NCBI RefSeq assembly: GCF_000175255.2
Contig: NC_017262.1
Span: 1,650,001 to 1,682,000, forward strand
Source: Zymomonas mobilis subsp. mobilis ATCC 10988
Lineage (GTDB): Bacteria > Pseudomonadota > Alphaproteobacteria > Sphingomonadales > Sphingomonadaceae
Length of the DNA stretch: 32,000 nt
Direction of reading: 5' to 3'
Made by a program: the position numbers and the translations under genes. Positions 29,424 to 32,000 of this stretch are shown here, piece after piece. The notes under the pieces are model-generated. The model searched no databases. It was not told the DNA's origin and saw only the letters and a list, made by a program, of their open reading frames with translations. The first letter of the stretch is position 1, and each line of letters opens with the position of its first letter.

Positions 29424-30437
29424 ATGAAGCCAGAAACGGCCTTTATTCCCCGTCTCAATTTTTACATTTTATGGAGCAGTTACTTGTCGGATAGCGATGG
29501 TAAGTCTAATCACACAGACATGATGGACGATTATTCGGCGTCTGCAAAGGCTTTGGTAGCCGAGATGCAGGCTAAGGCGGCTTTGTCGCCAACCAAGGCC
29601 GTTGCCTTTCAAGGTGCGCCCGGCTGTAATTCAAATATCGCGATACAGGATCTTTTCCCTGACAGTTTGCCGCTTCCCTGCTTTAGCTTTGCGGATGCTT
29701 TGACGGCGGTCAAGGAAGGACGTGCCGGTCGGGCGATGATTCCGATTGAAAATTCGTTAAATGGCCGCGTTGCCGATATGCATTTTCTGTTACCGGAATC
29801 GGGACTGACTATTCAGGCAGAATATTTTTTGCCCATCAATCATTGCTTGGTTGCACCCAAAGGGGCAGGCGAAATCACCCATGTTTTGAGCCATCCACAG
29901 GCTTTGGGGCAATGCCGTCATTGGTTGCAGGCCCATAACCTCCGCGCTTTGGCTCATGCCGATACCGCAGGGGCGGCGGCAGAAGTGGCTGACCGGAAAC
30001 AAGCTGGGTTAGCGGCTTTATCTCCGGCTTTGGCCGCGAAACTCTATGGGTTGGAAATCCTTGAAAAGGGTATTGCCGATGGTGATACCAATATTACCCG
30101 CTTTGTTGTTCTCGCCGAAGCCGACACCGCTTTGCAAGATCTTCCCCCGATTAGACAAAATTTATCAGGAAAAATGATGACCAGCTTGCTGTTTACCGTC
30201 AAAAACACACCTTCCGCCTTATTGAACGCGATTAAGGGCTTTGGTGATAATCAAGTAAATATGACCAAGCTTGAAAGCTATCAGCATGGTGCCAGCTTTT
30301 CCGCGACCCAATTCTATGCGGATGTCGAAGGCGAACCTTCCGAAGATAATGTCGCACGGGCTTTAGATATTTTGCAAGAAAATGCCTGCGATCTCCGTAT
30401 CTTGGGTGTGTATGCCCAAGCGCGCCCGCGCCAATAA
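29424..30437 (+). CDS. pheA: Prephenate dehydratase (PDT domain plus C-terminal ACT domain)
   Basis: ...KAVAFQGAPGCNSNIA...IPIENSLNGRV...TRFVVL...ESYQ.... The start is uncertain. ATG 29424 overlaps the LOG-family stop as ATGA. ATG 29520 (MMDDYSAS...) would give a more typical length. Confidence 0.9.
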   Translation: MKPETAFIPRLNFYILWSSYLSDSDGKSNHTDMMDDYSASAKALVAEMQAKAALSPTKAVAFQGAPGCNSNIAIQDLFPDSLPLPCFSFADALTAVKEGRAGRAMIPIENSLNGRVADMHFLLPESGLTIQAEYFLPINHCLVAPKGAGEITHVLSHPQALGQCRHWLQAHNLRALAHADTAGAAAEVADRKQAGLAALSPALAAKLYGLEILEKGIADGDTNITRFVVLAEADTALQDLPPIRQNLSGKMMTSLLFTVKNTPSALLNAIKGFGDNQVNMTKLESYQHGASFSATQFYADVEGEPSEDNVARALDILQENACDLRILGVYAQARPRQ

Positions 30438-30441
30438 AATA

Positions 30442-31563
30442 TTAGGCCTTGCGGGTCTGCTTAAGATATTTTTTGACCGCTTTTTTAAAAACGGTGGGCA
30501 GACCGGCAAGGTCGATTTCATCAATCGGCCAATATTCACCCTCGATCATATCGCTAGTCGTTTCAGCGGAAAAAATCCGCAATTCCAAAGCAAAATGCGT
30601 AAAAATATGCTCAATATGACCTTGTTTTTCCCAAGCCAGAGTCATTAGATTTTTTTGCGCCTGCGCTGGAAAGGACGGGAAGGCTTCTTTTATAGCCTGC
30701 TGCTCTGTTTCGGCATCACTGGCTGTTGTGGTGATTTTGGATTGATCGAGCCATTCGCTGCTCGGCAACGCCCTCATGCCACCCAATAAGCCTTTATCCG
30801 GTCTCCGGATCAGTAAAATCTGATCTTTGGATGTAACGATAAAGGCATATCCAATCCGTGTTGGACGTATTTTTTTCGGGGCTTTGATCGGGAAAACTGC
30901 CGGATTACCTGTTTTTTGTCCTTCGCAATGGGGCATCATTGGGCAAATCGCACAGGTGGGTTGCCGATTGACGCAGATTGTCGCGCCAATATCCATCATC
31001 GCTTGAGCAAAATCACCCGCTGCTGAATCTGGCGTTAATTTGTCGGTTTCCTCGGCGATAATCGGACGGGAAGCGGGTAAGGGCGTTTCAATAGCAAAAA
31101 GGCGACTAACCACTCTTTCGACATTGGCATCGACCACAACCGCTCTTTTCCCAAAGGCAATCGCCACAATCGCGGCGGCGGTATAGCGACCGATACCGGG
31201 TAATGCCAGTAAGCCCTGCTCATTATCAGGAAATTTACCGCCTGAAGCGACCACTTCCTTGGCGCATTTAATCAGGTTTCTGGCGCGGCTATAATATCCC
31301 AAACCAGCCCATTCAGCCATAACATCAGCTTCTTGGGCGGCCGCCAAGGCTTCGACCGTTGGCCATCTTTCGACAAATTTTAAATAATAAGGCGCGGCAT
31401 GGGCGGTTGTCGTCTGCTGTAGCATGATTTCCGATAACCAGACCCGATAGGGATCGACTTTATTTTGCTGGGCTTCTGTCCGCCAAGGCAAAATACGGGC
31501 ATGGCGTTGATACCAGTTAAGAAGATCAGTGGTTATTTCACGATAAACAGCAGATTTTTGCAT
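30442..31563 (-). CDS. mutY: A/G-specific adenine DNA glycosylase
   Basis: 373 aa. N-terminus LLNWYQRHARILPWR....DPYRVWLSEIMLQQT, HhH-GPD motif LPGIGRYTAAAI, Fe-S cluster cysteines CVNRQPTCAICPMMPHC, and a NUDIX-like C-terminal domain. Confidence 0.92.
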   Translation of the reverse strand: MQKSAVYREITTDLLNWYQRHARILPWRTEAQQNKVDPYRVWLSEIMLQQTTTAHAAPYYLKFVERWPTVEALAAAQEADVMAEWAGLGYYSRARNLIKCAKEVVASGGKFPDNEQGLLALPGIGRYTAAAIVAIAFGKRAVVVDANVERVVSRLFAIETPLPASRPIIAEETDKLTPDSAAGDFAQAMMDIGATICVNRQPTCAICPMMPHCEGQKTGNPAVFPIKAPKKIRPTRIGYAFIVTSKDQILLIRRPDKGLLGGMRALPSSEWLDQSKITTTASDAETEQQAIKEAFPSFPAQAQKNLMTLAWEKQGHIEHIFTHFALELRIFSAETTSDMIEGEYWPIDEIDLAGLPTVFKKAVKKYLKQTRKA

Positions 31564-31597
31564 AACACTCTATCGACGGAGAAGGATAAATTGTGGC

Positions 31598-32000
31598 ATG
31601 ACCTTTGTCATGGATAAAGGCAAGTCATCTTCTGTTAGAACTTCCAATACAGAAGAAAGAAACAACGCCACCCTTTCTAAAAAGAAAATACCTGCGAAAA
31701 AAAGATCAGGGAAGGTGGCCTCAAAAAGCAAAAAACTTGTCATCGACCATGATAAAAGGCGGTGCAGGTTAAGCTCGGTCGGGCAATTATTGCCCCATAT
31801 TGGCGGAGCCGCCTTTCGTCGCTTCGGTTTTTTGCATTCTACTCTGATAAGTCGTTGGCCATTGGTGGTCGGTGAAAAATATGCCCGTTTGTCGGTGCCT
31901 GAATCAATCCGTTTTCCTTTCGGTCAGACTGTAGGCGGAACATTGACGGTTGCGGCCGAAGGCGCAATGGTTACTTTGATGCAGCATATTACGCCTGCGA
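31598..32000 (+). CDS. DUF721 (DciA-like) protein, 5' part (runs off the window end)
   Basis: This ORF is not in the track because it has no stop in the window. GGAGAAGGA lies upstream of ATG 31598. After a basic low-complexity N-terminus it reads ...LLPHIGGAAFRRFGFLHSTLISRWPLVVGEKYARLSVPESIRFP...GGTLTVAAEGAMVTLMQH, which is the DUF721 pattern. It is divergent from mutY, as in many alphaproteobacteria. Confidence 0.6.
   Translation, partial: MTFVMDKGKSSSVRTSNTEERNNATLSKKKIPAKKRSGKVASKSKKLVIDHDKRRCRLSSVGQLLPHIGGAAFRRFGFLHSTLISRWPLVVGEKYARLSVPESIRFPFGQTVGGTLTVAAEGAMVTLMQHITPA

Larger units (their letters stand above)
27700..29427 (+). pseudogene. LOG/TIGR00730-family gene (nucleotide 5'-monophosphate nucleosidase / 'lysine decarboxylase-like') interrupted by IS copy 2
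   Basis: The 5' part is GTG 27700..27858 (...LREELRPVRFQL). The 3' part is 28708..29427 (ELLKPDIILKEAGIESTFVFYGSARIP...GGGPSIMEAANRGA...PGGFGTLDEVFE). Both parts are in one frame once the 847-bp IS and one TA are removed. Track ORF 28810..29427 is the residual C-terminal part. Confidence 0.85.

Overview
This is a 32-kb chromosomal window made up mostly of housekeeping genes in an alphaproteobacterial arrangement: hisZ-purA, serC-serA, yihY-fabI-aroC, and a DUF721 gene divergent from mutY. Coding regions of moderate GC are separated by very AT-rich spacers. By eye it looks Zymomonas- or sphingomonad-like, but that is inference only; no search or GC computation was run. I call 25 chromosomal protein genes (2 partial at the window edges), 1 IS-disrupted gene, two copies of an 847-bp IS5-family (IS427-group-like) element each with a frameshifted transposase, several intrinsic terminators, and a few candidate regulatory hairpins or palindromes. 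I saw no rRNA, tRNA or CRISPR array. Main points of interest follow. (1) The co-directional cluster aspT-asdA-ansB (Asp:Ala antiporter, aspartate 4-decarboxylase, secreted type II asparaginase) would extend the known decarboxylation/antiport proton-motive cycle to external asparagine. (2) IS copy 1 sits exactly in the loop of the intrinsic terminator of the upstream oxidoreductase gene. (3) IS copy 2 splits a LOG/TIGR00730-family gene that is start/stop-coupled to pheA; removing 849 bp restores a 292-codon ORF. (4) The two direct IS copies differ by 2 SNPs, one of which removes the best transposase start codon, and they bracket 22.1 kb of mostly essential genes. (5) There is an AT-rich orphan gene next to an orphan terminator, a Shine-Dalgarno-sequestering hairpin upstream of serC, and a tandem 20-bp hairpin repeat in the serA-hisZ spacer. 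I found no clear novel multi-gene defence or mobile system. All product calls rest on recalled family motifs, not on database searches.
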